DNA of 32,000 nt from assembly GCF_001598795.1 (NCBI RefSeq), contig NZ_BCZP01000006.1:240001-272000 (forward strand). Direction: 5' to 3'. Each line of letters begins with the position of its first letter. Positions within the stretch are counted from its first letter, which is position 1. Under the pieces are notes generated by a model. The model searched no databases. It had not been told where the DNA came from and worked only from the letters and a program-made list of their open reading frames with translations. Source of the stretch: Delftia acidovorans NBRC 14950 (GTDB lineage: Bacteria > Pseudomonadota > Gammaproteobacteria > Burkholderiales > Burkholderiaceae_C). Made by a program: the position numbers and the translations under genes. Below, piece after piece: positions 7,275 to 17,378 of the stretch.

Positions 7275-9848
7275 ATGCAGATCACCCGCATCCGAGCCCT
7301 GCGCGGCCCCAATCTCTGGACCCGCAGCACCGCCATCGAAGCCATCGTGCAATGCGAGCCCGGCGAGTGCGACTACTCGGCCCTGCCCGGCTTCGAGGAC
7401 CGGCTGCGCGCGCGCTTTCCCAAGATCGGCACGCTGCAGCCGCACGGCGCCGACCAGCGCCTGTCGCTGGCCCAGGTGCTGGAAGTCGCGGCCCTGTCGC
7501 TGCAGGCCCAGGCCGGCTGCCCGGTGACCTTCAGCCGCACGCATGAAACCGTGGAAACCGGCACCTACCAGGTGGTGGTGGAGTACACCGAAGAGGCCGT
7601 GGGCCGCCTGGCCATGGAACAGGCCGGCGAGCTGCTGCAGTCGGCCCTGGCCGACACGCCCTTCGACGCCGACAAGGTGGTCGCCCAGCTGCGCGAACTC
7701 GACGAGGACGAGCGCATCGGTCCCTCCACCGGCTCCATCGTCGATGCGGCCGTGGCGCGTGGCATTCCCATCCGCCGCCTGACCTCGGGCTCGCTGGTAC
7801 AGCTGGGCTGGGGCTCCAAGGCGCGCCGCATCCAGGCCGCCGAGCTGGACCAGACCAGCGCCGTGGCCGAGTCCATCGCCCAGGACAAGGACCTGACCAA
7901 GCGCCTGCTGCACGCCGCCGGCGTGCCCGTGCCGCTGGGCCGCCCCGTCAAGGACGTGGAAGAAGCCTGGCTCGTGGCCCAGGAAGTGGGCCTGCCCGTG
8001 GTGGTCAAGCCCCAGGACGGCAACCAGGGCAAGGGCGTGGTGGTCAACATCACCACGCACGAGCAGCTCAAGGCCGCCTTCGCCACCGCCTCGGAATTCG
8101 GCGACGACATCATGGTCGAGCGCTTCCTGCCCGGCCATGACTTCCGCCTGCTGGTGGTCGGCGGCCAGCTGGTGGCCGCTGCGCGCCGCGAGCCGCCCCA
8201 GGTGCTGGGCGACGGCCAGCACACCATCCGCGAGCTGGTGGACATCGTCAACCAGGACCCGCGCCGCGGCTCGGGCCACGGCACGGCGCTGACCAAGATC
8301 CGCCTGGACGACATCGCCATCGCGCGCATCGCCACCGAAGGGCTCACGCCCGAATCCGTGCCGGCCCAGGGCCAGCGCGTGGTGCTGCGCAACAACGCCA
8401 ACCTGTCCACGGGCGGCAGCGCCACCGATGTGACGGACGACGTGCATCCCGACATCGCCGCGCGCGCCGTGGAGGCTGCCCAGACCATCGGCCTGCACAT
8501 CTGCGGCGTGGATGTGGTCTGCGAGACCATGCTGCGCCCGCTGGAAGAGCAAAACGGCGGCATCGTCGAAGTCAACGCCGCACCGGGCCTGCGCATGCAC
8601 CTGGCGCCGTCCTTCGGCAAGCCCCGCAACGTGGGCGTGCCCATGGTCGATGAGCTGTTCGCGCCGGGCCAGGACGGCCGCATCCCGCTGGTGGCCGTCA
8701 CCGGCACCAATGGCAAGACCACGACCACGCGCCTGATCGCCCACCTGTTCACCTCGCATGGCTGGCGCACGGCCATGACGAACACGGACGGCGTCTACGT
8801 CAACGGCCGCCAGATCGACAGCGGCGACTGCTCGGGCCCGCGCAGCGCGCGCAACGCCCTGGCCCACCCCGAGACCGATGCGGCCGTGCTCGAATGCGCA
8901 CGCGGCGGCATCCTGCGCGAAGGCCTGGGCTTCGACCGCTGCCAGGTGGCCGTGGTCACCAACGTGGGCGCGGGCGACCACCTGGGCCTGAACTACATCA
9001 CCACGGTGGAAGACGTGGCCGTGCTCAAGCGCGTCATCGTGCAGAACGTGGCCGCCGACGGCTATGCCGTGCTCAACGCCGCCGACCCGCTGGTGGCGGC
9101 CATGGCCTCCACTTCGCCGGGCAAGGTCATCTATTTCGCGGCCGACCGCCACCACCCCGTGATGGCCACGCACCGTGCCCAGGGCAACCGCGTGGTCTAC
9201 GTGGACGGCGACAGCATCGTCGCGGCCGAAAGCTCGTGGCGCGAGACCATCGCGCTGCGCGAGATCCCCATCACGCGCAACGGCACCATCAGCTTCCAGG
9301 TGGAGAACGTCATGGCCGCCATCGCCGCCGCCTGGGGCGTGGGCATGCCCTGGCAGACCATCCGCCGCGGCCTGGCCGGCTTCGTCAACGACAGCGACAA
9401 CGCGCCGGGCCGCTTCAACGTCATGGACTACCGTGGCGCCACGCTGATCGCCGACTACGGCCACAACCCCGACGCCATTCGCGCCCTGGTCCAGGCCGTG
9501 GACGCCATGCCGGCCCAGCGCCGCAGCGTGGTCATCAGCGGCGCGGGCGACCGCCGCGACCAGGACATCACCGAGCAGACCCAGATCCTGGGCAAGGCCT
9601 TCGACGACGTCATCCTCTACCAGGATGCCTGCCAGCGCGGCCGCGCCGACGGTGAAGTCCTGGCCTTGCTGCAGCAAGGCCTGCAAGGCGCACCACGCAC
9701 CGACTACGTGACCCAGATCCAGGGTGAGTTCAACGCCATCGACCACGCGCTGGCGCGACTGACACCCGGCGACCTGTGCCTGGTGCTGGTGGACCAGGTG
9801 GAAGAAGCCCTGGAGCACCTGCGCCGCCATGTGGCGGGTGAGGCTTGA
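7275..9848 (+). CDS. cphA: Cyanophycin synthetase (full-length, canonical motifs)
   Basis: 857 aa. ATP-grasp motifs [28 protein letters not shown] and [13 protein letters not shown]. Mur-ligase P-loop [13 protein letters not shown] (from 8697). C-terminal Mur-ligase subdomain with DYGHNPDA and [13 protein letters not shown] at 7275 follows the purine-rich GAAAGAAGA. Confidence 0.9.
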   Translation: MQITRIRALRGPNLWTRSTAIEAIVQCEPGECDYSALPGFEDRLRARFPKIGTLQPHGADQRLSLAQVLEVAALSLQAQAGCPVTFSRTHETVETGTYQVVVEYTEEAVGRLAMEQAGELLQSALADTPFDADKVVAQLRELDEDERIGPSTGSIVDAAVARGIPIRRLTSGSLVQLGWGSKARRIQAAELDQTSAVAESIAQDKDLTKRLLHAAGVPVPLGRPVKDVEEAWLVAQEVGLPVVVKPQDGNQGKGVVVNITTHEQLKAAFATASEFGDDIMVERFLPGHDFRLLVVGGQLVAAARREPPQVLGDGQHTIRELVDIVNQDPRRGSGHGTALTKIRLDDIAIARIATEGLTPESVPAQGQRVVLRNNANLSTGGSATDVTDDVHPDIAARAVEAAQTIGLHICGVDVVCETMLRPLEEQNGGIVEVNAAPGLRMHLAPSFGKPRNVGVPMVDELFAPGQDGRIPLVAVTGTNGKTTTTRLIAHLFTSHGWRTAMTNTDGVYVNGRQIDSGDCSGPRSARNALAHPETDAAVLECARGGILREGLGFDRCQVAVVTNVGAGDHLGLNYITTVEDVAVLKRVIVQNVAADGYAVLNAADPLVAAMASTSPGKVIYFAADRHHPVMATHRAQGNRVVYVDGDSIVAAESSWRETIALREIPITRNGTISFQVENVMAAIAAAWGVGMPWQTIRRGLAGFVNDSDNAPGRFNVMDYRGATLIADYGHNPDAIRALVQAVDAMPAQRRSVVISGAGDRRDQDITEQTQILGKAFDDVILYQDACQRGRADGEVLALLQQGLQGAPRTDYVTQIQGEFNAIDHALARLTPGDLCLVLVDQVEEALEHLRRHVAGEA

Positions 9849-9849
9849 C

Positions 9850-10332
9850 ATGAACGGCCGGGCCTTGCTCACGGCCGCTCTGGCCACGCTGCTGCTGGGC
9901 GCCTGCGGTGCGCGCGCCGAGCAGGTCGGCGCGGTGGACACGGTGTTCAAGTTCATAGGCCCGGACCACAAGATCGTGGTCGATGCCTATGACGATCCCA
10001 AGGTGGCGGGCGTGACCTGCTATGTCTCGCGCGCCAAGACCGGTGGCATCAAGGGCGGCCTGGGCCTGGCCGAGGACCGCGCCGAAGCCTCGATCAGTTG
10101 CGTACAGACCGGACCCATCCAGATCCCTGCGCCGCTCAAGCAGCAGGACGAGGTGTTCACCGAGCGCATCTCGCTGCTGTTCAAGCGCCTGCGCGTGGTG
10201 CGCATGGTCGATGCGCAGCGCAACACCCTGGTCTACATGACCTACTCGGACCGCGTGATCGAAGGCTCTCCGCAAAACAGCGTCACCGCCGTGCCCGTGC
10301 CGCGCAGCACGCCGATTCCGCTGGGCAAATAA
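9850..10332 (+). CDS. creA: CreA family lipoprotein/periplasmic protein
   Basis: ATG at 9850, one base after the cphA TGA (9846-9848). Signal peptide with LLLGAC lipobox-like motif. Conserved CreA-type core [29 protein letters not shown]. Confidence 0.8.
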   Translation: MNGRALLTAALATLLLGACGARAEQVGAVDTVFKFIGPDHKIVVDAYDDPKVAGVTCYVSRAKTGGIKGGLGLAEDRAEASISCVQTGPIQIPAPLKQQDEVFTERISLLFKRLRVVRMVDAQRNTLVYMTYSDRVIEGSPQNSVTAVPVPRSTPIPLGK

Positions 10333-10338
10333 CCCGCC

Positions 10339-11244
10339 TCAGTCCTGGGCGTGTTGGCGGCAGGCCTGCACAAAGGCCGCAAGCGCCGGCGAGCGGCGCT
10401 TGCCCGCCCGCTGCACCAGCGAGAAATCCCGCCACATGCGCGGCAGCGTGGTCGGCAGCACGGCCAGCTCTCCCGAGGCGACCAGGGCCTGCACCAGCAC
10501 GCGCGACAGGCAGCTGACGCCCAGGCCCTGCGCCACGCAGCGCGCAATCGCCTCCGAACTGCCCAGCGTGGCGGCGGCCGGCAGCTGGTGCAGATGCGGC
10601 AGCAAGGCATGCTCCACCATCTCGCGCGTGCCCGAGCCCGGCTCGCGCAGCAGCCAGCGCGCACCGCGCAAGGCGGCCACGCCCAGCGGGCGCTGGCCTG
10701 CGGCCTGCACCAGCGGGTCCTGTGCTGCAGCCACGATGACGAGTTCGTCACGCATCCAGGGCTCGACCTCCAGCCCGGGCCAGTGGCTGGTGCCCTCGAT
10801 CAGGCCCAGGTCCACGTCCAGCGATTCCACGGCCTGGCCCACCTCGCGCGTGTTGGCGATCTGCAGGTCCACGCTCAGGTGCGGATGGCTGCGCGCCAGG
10901 TGCGCGAGCACGGCTGGCAGCGCATAGGTGCCTATGGTGGTGCTGGCTGCCACGCGCAGACGCACGGGCAGGCTGGCGGCCCGCACCGAAAACGCCTGCT
11001 CTATGCCCCTGGCCTGCTCCAACAGCGCCAGCGCCTCGGGCAGCAGGGCGCGGCCCGCGTCGTTGAGCGCCAGCCTCCGGCCCACGCGCTCGAACAGCTG
11101 AGCGCCCATGGCCTGCTCCAGCTGCTGCAGCGCGGCGCTGGTGGCTGACTGCGACAGGGCCACGGCATCGGCCGCGGCCACGGTGGAGCCCGCCTGGGCG
11201 ACGGCGCAGAAGATTTCAAGTTGGCGCAGGGTGAGGTGCAGCAT
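10339..11244 (-). CDS. yeiE: LysR family transcriptional regulator (YeiE-like)
   Basis: N-terminal wHTH LTLRQLEIFCAVAQAGSTVAAADAVALSQSATSAALQQLE. The LysR substrate-binding domain includes REPGSGTREMVE and GLGVSCLSR, as in E. coli YeiE from memory. Divergent from a yeiH-family gene, as in E. coli. Confidence 0.85.
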   Translation of the reverse strand: MLHLTLRQLEIFCAVAQAGSTVAAADAVALSQSATSAALQQLEQAMGAQLFERVGRRLALNDAGRALLPEALALLEQARGIEQAFSVRAASLPVRLRVAASTTIGTYALPAVLAHLARSHPHLSVDLQIANTREVGQAVESLDVDLGLIEGTSHWPGLEVEPWMRDELVIVAAAQDPLVQAAGQRPLGVAALRGARWLLREPGSGTREMVEHALLPHLHQLPAAATLGSSEAIARCVAQGLGVSCLSRVLVQALVASGELAVLPTTLPRMWRDFSLVQRAGKRRSPALAAFVQACRQHAQD

Positions 11245-11300
11245 GGCGTGCAGTCTGGACGAGGCATCAACCTGTTTCCCCGGTTGATGCTACAAAAACT

Positions 11301-11315
11301 ATTCGTTATACGAAT
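11301..11315. promoter_or_regulatory. LysR-type T-N11-A box in the yeiE/yeiH divergent intergenic region
   Basis: ATTCGTTATACGAAT is a perfect ATTCG-N5-CGAAT dyad fitting the T-N11-A rule. It lies in an AT-rich stretch between the divergent regulator and transporter genes. Confidence 0.45.
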
Positions 11316-11376
11316 ATAGCCAAGAAATCTAAAGTGCCTCCCATGCACCGCGCTCCTGACGCGGCGCGCAGGCACC

Positions 11377-12462
11377 ATGAACACCACATCCCTCCCACGC
11401 CCCTCCCATCCGTCCGGCTGGCTGCGCCAGTTGACCGAGCTTGCGCCCGGCCTGCTGCTGGCCGGCGCCATTGCCGCAGCCGCCACCTGGGGCGCACGCC
11501 AGCCCCTGCTGGCCGGCTCGGGCCTGAGCGCGCTGACGCTGGCCATCTGCATCGGCCTGGTCATCGGCAACACCGTCTATCCGCGCCTGGCGCCCAGCTG
11601 CCATGCCGGCGTGGGCCTGGCCAAGCAGCGCCTGCTGCGCGCGGGCATCGTGCTCTACGGCCTGCGGCTGACCTTCCAGGACATAGGCCATGTGGGCATG
11701 GCAGGCGTGGTGGTCGATGCCCTGGTGCTGGGCAGCACCTTCTTGCTGGCGCAGTGGCTGGGCCGCAGCGTCTTCGGGCTGGATGCGCGCACCACGGTGC
11801 TGATCGGCGCGGGCAGCTCCATCTGCGGCGCCGCTGCCGTGCTGGCCACCGAACCCGTGATCAAGGGCCGCGCCGAAGACGTGGCCGTGGCCGTTGCCAC
11901 CGTGGTGGTCTTCGGCACCGTGGGCACCTTCCTCTACCCCGCGCTGTTCCACTGGAACGCTTCCCACGGCTGGCTGGACATGTCGCCCGCGCAGTACGGC
12001 CTGTACGTGGGCTCCACCGTGCACGAGGTGGCCCAGGTCGTGGCCGCCGGCGAAGCCATTGCCCCCGAAGCTGCGGACGTGGCCGTGATCTCCAAGATGG
12101 TGCGCGTGATGATGCTGGCCCCCTTCCTGCTGCTGCTGTCCATGGCCGTGGCACGCGGCAACCGCAGCAGCCAGGTGAGCGACGGCCAGCCGCGCCGCAT
12201 CACCATTCCCTGGTTTGCGCTGGGCTTCGTCGCCATGGCCGGCGTGAACTCGCTGGGTGTGCTGCCTGCTGCCGTGGTGCAGGTGGGCGTGCAGCTGGAC
12301 AACGCCCTGCTGGCCGTTGCCATGGCGGCCCTGGGCCTGACCACCCATGTCCGTGCCGTGCGTGCCGCAGGCACGAAGCCCCTGCTGCTGGCCGCCTTGC
12401 TGTTCGCATGGCTTCTGGTGGCGGGCCTGCTCTTCAACCGCTGGGTGCCCATCCTGCTCTGA
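11377..12462 (+). CDS. yeiH: YeiH/UPF0324 family inner-membrane protein (putative sulfate exporter family)
   Basis: 361 aa polytopic membrane protein. Family-typical segments are LLRAGIVLYGLRLTF and IGAGSSICGAAAVLA. Divergent from a yeiE-like regulator. Followed by a clean terminator. Confidence 0.85.
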   Translation: MNTTSLPRPSHPSGWLRQLTELAPGLLLAGAIAAAATWGARQPLLAGSGLSALTLAICIGLVIGNTVYPRLAPSCHAGVGLAKQRLLRAGIVLYGLRLTFQDIGHVGMAGVVVDALVLGSTFLLAQWLGRSVFGLDARTTVLIGAGSSICGAAAVLATEPVIKGRAEDVAVAVATVVVFGTVGTFLYPALFHWNASHGWLDMSPAQYGLYVGSTVHEVAQVVAAGEAIAPEAADVAVISKMVRVMMLAPFLLLLSMAVARGNRSSQVSDGQPRRITIPWFALGFVAMAGVNSLGVLPAAVVQVGVQLDNALLAVAMAALGLTTHVRAVRAAGTKPLLLAALLFAWLLVAGLLFNRWVPILL

Positions 12463-12483
12463 AGCCGTCCGCATCCATCGACC

Positions 12484-12517
12484 GGCCCTGCAAAGCATCG
12501 TCTTGCAGGGCCTTTTT
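12484..12517 (+). terminator. Rho-independent terminator downstream of yeiH
   Basis: GGCCCTGCAA (12484-12493) pairs perfectly with TTGCAGGGCC (12503-12512). 9-nt loop, followed by TTTTT (12513-12517). Confidence 0.8.
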
Positions 12518-12570
12518 CATGGACTGCCCGCCCCTGAACAAGGGAATACCCTTGAATCAAATGCAGACAC

Positions 12571-12604
12571 AATTAATTTGCAATGCAAATTAATTGCATT
12601 GCAA
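12571..12604. promoter_or_regulatory. Putative MarR operator / promoter region: 25-bp perfect palindrome plus second TTGCA-N-TGCAA box
   Basis: AATTAATTTGCA-A-TGCAAATTAATT (12571-12595) is a perfect 12-1-12 palindrome. TTGCAATGCAA (12578-12588) and TTGCATTGCAA (12594-12604) are two palindromic boxes whose starts are 16 bp apart. This is an AT-rich island in a GC-rich genome, 14 nt upstream of the MarR start codon. Confidence 0.5.
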
Positions 12605-12617
12605 AGATAATCGAGGC

Positions 12618-13079
12618 ATGTCCTTTGCCTCTGCTCCTCCCCGCGCCCGTCTCGGCTTTCTCATGGTCACCCTGGTACGCCAGTGGCGTCGCCAGGTCGA
12701 GGAGCAACTGCTGGCCGACGGCCTGACCGATGCCACCTGGGCACCGCTGATCCACCTGCGCGCCTGGGGCGACGGCGTCACGCAAAAGGAACTGGCCGAG
12801 CGCGTGGGACTGGACGGCTCCAGCCTGGTGCGCCTGCTCGACATTCTGGAAGGCCACGGCTGGGTGGAACGCCGCGCCGACCCCGGCGACCGGCGCAGCA
12901 AGCGCATCTTCCTGACCGATGAAGGCAACGGCGCCGTGGACCGCGTGCGCGCCACCATGCTGCAGGCCGAGCTGGCCATGCTGCAGGACCTGGACGATGC
13001 CGAGGTCGAGGCCATGCTGGCCGGCATGGCCAAGATCCAGGCGCGCATGGCCGCGCTGCGCACGGAAGGCGCGCCATGA
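12618..13079 (+). CDS. MarR family transcriptional regulator
   Basis: wHTH core GVTQKELAERVGLDGSSLVRLLDILEGHGWVERRADPGDRRSKRIFLT. ATG at 12618 is preceded by GAGG. The stop overlaps the next start (ATGA at 13076-13079). Confidence 0.85.
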   Translation: MSFASAPPRARLGFLMVTLVRQWRRQVEEQLLADGLTDATWAPLIHLRAWGDGVTQKELAERVGLDGSSLVRLLDILEGHGWVERRADPGDRRSKRIFLTDEGNGAVDRVRATMLQAELAMLQDLDDAEVEAMLAGMAKIQARMAALRTEGAP

Positions 13080-15061
13080 GCGCCCTCCACGATGCCTATG
13101 GCCGCCTGCTGAAGGCCTCGGTCCGCTGGGGCTTCGACCCCGTGCGCCTGCGCCAGCATCTGCGCACGGCCTTTGCCGCCTGCCTGGCGCTGCTGGCTGC
13201 CTGGCAGCTGGGGCTGGAGCATCCGCAGTGGGCTGCCATGGCCACCTGGGCCGCATCCCAGCCGCTGCGCGGGCAACTGCTCGAAAAAAGCTTTTTCCGG
13301 GTCGCAGGCACCGTGGCCGGCACGGCCGTGGGCGTGGGCCTGGTGCTGCTGGCCCAGGGAAACCTGCTGTGGCTGGTGTTGGGCCTGGCCGTGTGGCTGG
13401 GCCTGTGCGCGGGCGTGGGCAATCTGCAACGCAGCTTCGTGGCCTACGGCACCATGCTGTCCGGCTATTCGGCGGCCATGGTCGCGCTGCTGGACTTCGC
13501 CCATCCCGACCAGGTCTTCGCCCTGGGCTGGGACCGGCTGTTCACGGCGCTGACCGGCGTATTCGCAGCCCTGCTCGTGGGCTGGCTGTTCACGCCCAAG
13601 GGCAGCGGCATTCCCGGCAATGCCGAGGTGCGCCAGCTGTTCGCGCAACTGCTGCGCGATCTGGCCGGCAGCCTGCAGGCGCGCGGCCGTGCGTCACTGG
13701 GCTCGCAGGAGATCGCCGCCCGCCTGCTGGCCATGGCGGTGATCGAGGAGGGACTGGACCCGCACGCCGCTGGTTCGCAGCGCTCCCGCGAGGCCGTACA
13801 CGCGCTGCGCCGGCTCATGAATGCCCAGATCTCGGCCCTGCTGTGGCTGCGCGATGCTCCATCACAGGAGCCGCCTGCGGCCTTTGGCGAAGCGCAGGCC
13901 CTGGCCGCCGCGCAGGCGCTGCGCGAAGCCGCCGTGGCACTGGAGACGCGCGTGCAGTTGCACGAGGCTGCGGCGGCCCTGGTGCGCGCACGCCAGGCCG
14001 CCATGGCCTGGCCCGGCGCAGCCGACATGCTGGCCCCGATGGGCTTTGCGCTGCAGGCCCACCTGGCCGCCACCCATGACGTGGCCCTGCCGCCCGGCCA
14101 CCGCGCCCGCCAATGGCCCGTGGTGCTGCACAGCGACTGGCTGGGCGCGCGCCGCGCCATGCTGCGTGCCAGCGCGGCCATCGCCATCGTGGGCCTGCTG
14201 TGGGTGGTGACGGGCTGGAGCGGCGGTGCCTACATGCTGCTGGGCATGTCCATCATGCTGACCGTGTTCTCGGGCTTCGAGAACCCGTCGGCCACCATGC
14301 GCCATGTGACCCTGGGCCAGGCCATGGGCGTGCTGGTGGCCCTGGCCTGCCAGTGGCTGGTCTGGCCGTTCGCCGGCAGCCAGGCGGGCCTGGTGTGGCT
14401 GATGCTACCCTTTGTCTACGTGGGCGCGCTGCTGTTCTCGCACCAGCGCACCGCACTCTCGGGCTATGACTGCAACATGGTGCTGCTGCTCCTGCTGCAG
14501 CCCCACTACCCGCAGACGGCCAGCTTCGGCCATGCGCTGGCCCTGGGGCTGGCCGTGGTATCCGGGCCGCTGGCTGGCTGGGCGGCCTACCGCTTCATCC
14601 TGCCGGTCACGCTGCAGGGCAGGCTGCAAAGCCTGCGCTCCATGATGGTCCACGAGCTGCAGGACATGGCCGCCACGCCGGGCCATGCGCGCGATGGCCG
14701 CATTTGGCGCGCCCGCCTGTACCACCGGCTGCTGCGCCTGGTGCGCATGTCGGAGCAGGCCGGAGGGCAGCTGGGTGCGCAGGCAGCGGAGTGCGGCCTG
14801 GCCGCACTGCATGTGGGCCGTGCCATCCAGGCGCTGCACCAGCTGTCCGGGGAAGCGGCCCTGGGCGACGGCACCGCCCGCGCCGTGCGCGCCGCGCTGC
14901 TGCGCCTGCAGCGGCTGCAGCAGGCGCCCGGCCAGTGCCCGCCGCTTTTGCGCGCGCTGGCGCAGCGCGTGGCCGACCGCCATCCCGACCAGGCCCGCCA
15001 GCTGCGCCATGCCGCGCATGAGATCGCGCAACACGAAGCCTTCTTCCGCAACGCCGGCTGA
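13076..15061 (+). CDS. FUSC family (fusaric acid resistance / AaeB-like aromatic acid efflux) membrane protein
   Basis: 661 aa with two hydrophobic blocks separated by a soluble helical region. The N-terminus, LRTAFAACLALLAAWQLGLEHPQWAAMATWAASQP, is typical of FUSC/AaeB proteins. Translationally coupled to the MarR gene. Confidence 0.8.
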   Translation: MSALHDAYGRLLKASVRWGFDPVRLRQHLRTAFAACLALLAAWQLGLEHPQWAAMATWAASQPLRGQLLEKSFFRVAGTVAGTAVGVGLVLLAQGNLLWLVLGLAVWLGLCAGVGNLQRSFVAYGTMLSGYSAAMVALLDFAHPDQVFALGWDRLFTALTGVFAALLVGWLFTPKGSGIPGNAEVRQLFAQLLRDLAGSLQARGRASLGSQEIAARLLAMAVIEEGLDPHAAGSQRSREAVHALRRLMNAQISALLWLRDAPSQEPPAAFGEAQALAAAQALREAAVALETRVQLHEAAAALVRARQAAMAWPGAADMLAPMGFALQAHLAATHDVALPPGHRARQWPVVLHSDWLGARRAMLRASAAIAIVGLLWVVTGWSGGAYMLLGMSIMLTVFSGFENPSATMRHVTLGQAMGVLVALACQWLVWPFAGSQAGLVWLMLPFVYVGALLFSHQRTALSGYDCNMVLLLLLQPHYPQTASFGHALALGLAVVSGPLAGWAAYRFILPVTLQGRLQSLRSMMVHELQDMAATPGHARDGRIWRARLYHRLLRLVRMSEQAGGQLGAQAAECGLAALHVGRAIQALHQLSGEAALGDGTARAVRAALLRLQRLQQAPGQCPPLLRALAQRVADRHPDQARQLRHAAHEIAQHEAFFRNAG

Positions 15062-15141
15062 AGCACGGACCCATGCCAGAATGGCCGGCTCAGGCCGGCA
15101 GCGCCCCACGCTCCCTGTCCCCTGTTGCAAGGAAAGCATCC

Positions 15142-15675
15142 ATGTCGTGGAGCGACACCACCATCACCTCACAGCGCCTGGCGCTGCGCCCCTTCACTGC
15201 CGCCGATGCCGATGAGGCCTTTGCCTGCATCACGCCCACGCTGACGCGCTACCTGTCCTTCGAGCCGGCGTCGACTCCTGCCGAGTTCGAGGCGGTCTGG
15301 CGCGGATGGCTGCGGGAGATCGCAGCCGGCACGGACTTCAACTTCACGCTGCGCGAGCGCACGTCAGGCCGATTCACCGGCCTGCTGGGCCTGCACCGCG
15401 CGCGCGACGCCGAGCCCGAACTCGGCATCTGGATACGCGAGGACGTGCATGGCCAGGGCTACGGCCGCGAGGCCGTGGCCGCGCTGGCAGCATGGGCCCG
15501 AGCGACCTTTGCGCCACAGTCCTTGCGCTATCCGGTGGCCGAGCCCAATACCGCCAGCCGGCGCATTGCCCAGGGGCTGGGTGGCGTGGAGGTTGAGCGC
15601 CAGAGCCTTTCAAAGTACGTGCTCGTCGTCTACCGCATACCAGGGGTCGCCACGTCGGGCGTTGCCGCACCATGA
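15142..15675 (+). CDS. GNAT family N-acetyltransferase (RimJ/RimL-like)
   Basis: ATG at 15142 is preceded by AGGAAAG. The LALRPFTAADADEAF opening and acetyl-CoA motif HGQGYGREAVAAL are typical of the Acetyltransf_3 type. Confidence 0.75.
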   Translation: MSWSDTTITSQRLALRPFTAADADEAFACITPTLTRYLSFEPASTPAEFEAVWRGWLREIAAGTDFNFTLRERTSGRFTGLLGLHRARDAEPELGIWIREDVHGQGYGREAVAALAAWARATFAPQSLRYPVAEPNTASRRIAQGLGGVEVERQSLSKYVLVVYRIPGVATSGVAAP

Positions 15676-15710
15676 AAACAAAGGCCGTCCCACGCGAGTG
15701 GGACGGCCTT
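15675..15710. terminator. Bidirectional stem-loop terminator between the convergent GNAT and aldehyde dehydrogenase genes
   Basis: Perfect 13-bp stem AAGGCCGTCCCAC (15681-15693) / GTGGGACGGCCTT (15698-15710) with a GCGA loop. On the minus strand the stem is followed by TGTTTTC. There is no T-tract on the plus strand. Confidence 0.75.
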
Positions 15711-15732
15711 GTCCATGGGGCAGATGCCTGCC

Positions 15733-17175
15733 TTACACCGCCGCGATCGACACGGCCTTGGCGACCAGATAGGCCTCCAGCGCCTCGGGGCCGCCTTCGG
15801 AGCCATAGCCCGAATCCTTGACGCCGCCGAACGGCATCTCGGCCGAGGCCACGGCCGGCTGGTTGATCCACAGCATGCCGGTCTCGACCTGCTGGGCCAG
15901 CTGGTGGGCCGTCTTGATGGAGCGCGTGAACGCATAGGCCGCCAGGCCGTAGGACAGGCGGTTGGCCTCGGCAATGGCCTCGCCCAGATCGTCAAAGCCG
16001 CGGATCGCGGCCACGGGGCCGAAGGGCTCCTGGTTGAAGATCTCGGCGCTCAGCGGCACGTCGCCCAGCACCGTGGGAGCGAAGAAGTTGCCCGCGCCGC
16101 CCAGCGAGGCACCGCCCGTGAGCAGCTTGGCGCCCTGCTTTTGCGCATCCTCGATCAGATGGGACAAGGCCGTGACGCGGCGCGGATTGGCCAGCGGGCC
16201 CATCTGCGTGCCCTGGACCAGGCCATCGCCGACCTTGAGGCCTTCGGCATGGGCGACCATGGCGCGCGTGAATTCCTCGCGCACGCTGTTGTGCACCAGA
16301 AAGCGCGTGGGCGAGATGCAGACCTGGCCCGCATTGCGGAACTTGGACGCGCCTGCGGCCTTCACGGCCAGGGCCACGTCGGCATCCTCGGCCACGATGA
16401 CCGGCGCGTGGCCGCCCAGCTCCATGGTCGAGCGCTTCATGTGCTGGCCGGCCAGCGCCGCCAGCTGCTTGCCCACTGCGGTGGAGCCGGTGAACGTGAC
16501 CTTGCGGATCACGGGATGGGCGATCAGGTAGGAGGAAATCTGCGCCGGATCACCGAACACCAGGCCCACCACGCCGGCCGGCACGCCGGCATCGACAAAG
16601 CACTTGAACAGGGCTGCGGGCGCAGCCGGCGTTTCCTCGGGCGCCTTGCACAGGAAGGAGCAGCCCGTGGCCAGCGCCGCGCCGATCTTGCGCACGATCT
16701 GGTTGACGGGGAAGTTCCAGGGCGTGAAGGCGGCCACGGGGCCCACGGGCTCCTTGATCACCAGCTGCTGCACCTCGGGGCGGCGCGAGGGCACGATGCG
16801 GCCGTACACGCGCAGCGCCTCGTCGGCAAACCATTCGATGATGCCCACGCCGGCCAGGATTTCGCCCTTGGCCTCGGCCACGGGCTTGCCCTGCTCCTGC
16901 GTCAGGAGCGCGGCGATCTCGTCGGCGCGCTCCTTGAGCAGGGCGGCGGCACGGCGCATGGCGGCGCCGCGCTCATGGGCGGAGACATTGCGCCAGACCT
17001 CGAAACCGCGCTGCGCTGCGGCCAGCGCACGGTCCAGGTCAGCCACGTCGGCATGGGCCACATGGCCGATGACTTCGCCGCTGGCCGGGTTGCGCACGGG
17101 AATCTTCCTGCCGCTGGCGGCGTCCTGCCATTGGCCGTCGATCAGGAGTTGGGTGTCGGAGTAGGAATGGCTCAT
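15733..17175 (-). CDS. NAD(P)-dependent aldehyde dehydrogenase, succinate-semialdehyde dehydrogenase-like
   Basis: 480 aa. ALDH motifs [16 protein letters not shown], catalytic Glu in MELGGHAP, catalytic Cys in [11 protein letters not shown], and C-terminal [15 protein letters not shown]. It aligns along its length with my recollection of GabD. The substrate assignment is inferred. Confidence 0.85.
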   Translation of the reverse strand: MSHSYSDTQLLIDGQWQDAASGRKIPVRNPASGEVIGHVAHADVADLDRALAAAQRGFEVWRNVSAHERGAAMRRAAALLKERADEIAALLTQEQGKPVAEAKGEILAGVGIIEWFADEALRVYGRIVPSRRPEVQQLVIKEPVGPVAAFTPWNFPVNQIVRKIGAALATGCSFLCKAPEETPAAPAALFKCFVDAGVPAGVVGLVFGDPAQISSYLIAHPVIRKVTFTGSTAVGKQLAALAGQHMKRSTMELGGHAPVIVAEDADVALAVKAAGASKFRNAGQVCISPTRFLVHNSVREEFTRAMVAHAEGLKVGDGLVQGTQMGPLANPRRVTALSHLIEDAQKQGAKLLTGGASLGGAGNFFAPTVLGDVPLSAEIFNQEPFGPVAAIRGFDDLGEAIAEANRLSYGLAAYAFTRSIKTAHQLAQQVETGMLWINQPAVASAEMPFGGVKDSGYGSEGGPEALEAYLVAKAVSIAAV

Positions 17176-17378
17176 GCTGGATCAGATCCTTGGTAGATGA
17201 CAGGGGGCAGATGTGTGGGGCAGGCACGGTCCTCGCAGTGTCCGGACCCGGCTGCCGCTGCAGCGCAGCGACCATTCTAGGAAGCGCCGGACGGCGGTGC
17301 CGTCACCGGGATGTCACGCACACAACACCTAAAATGCCCGGGTTTCGCAATATCCACCAATCCGTTGAGAGGGAGCTC

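Noticed and set aside
4680-9971. 1763-aa ORF on the minus strand spanning both cphA genes
   Set aside because: It is entirely antisense to two plus-strand genes with strong family motifs. Its translation is low-complexity (A/G/R/V/H/D-rich) with no recognisable domain. Long open antisense frames are expected at this GC content.
15709-17196. 495-aa plus-strand ORF
   Set aside because: It is antisense to the aldehyde dehydrogenase gene, which has clear catalytic Cys and Glu motifs on the minus strand.
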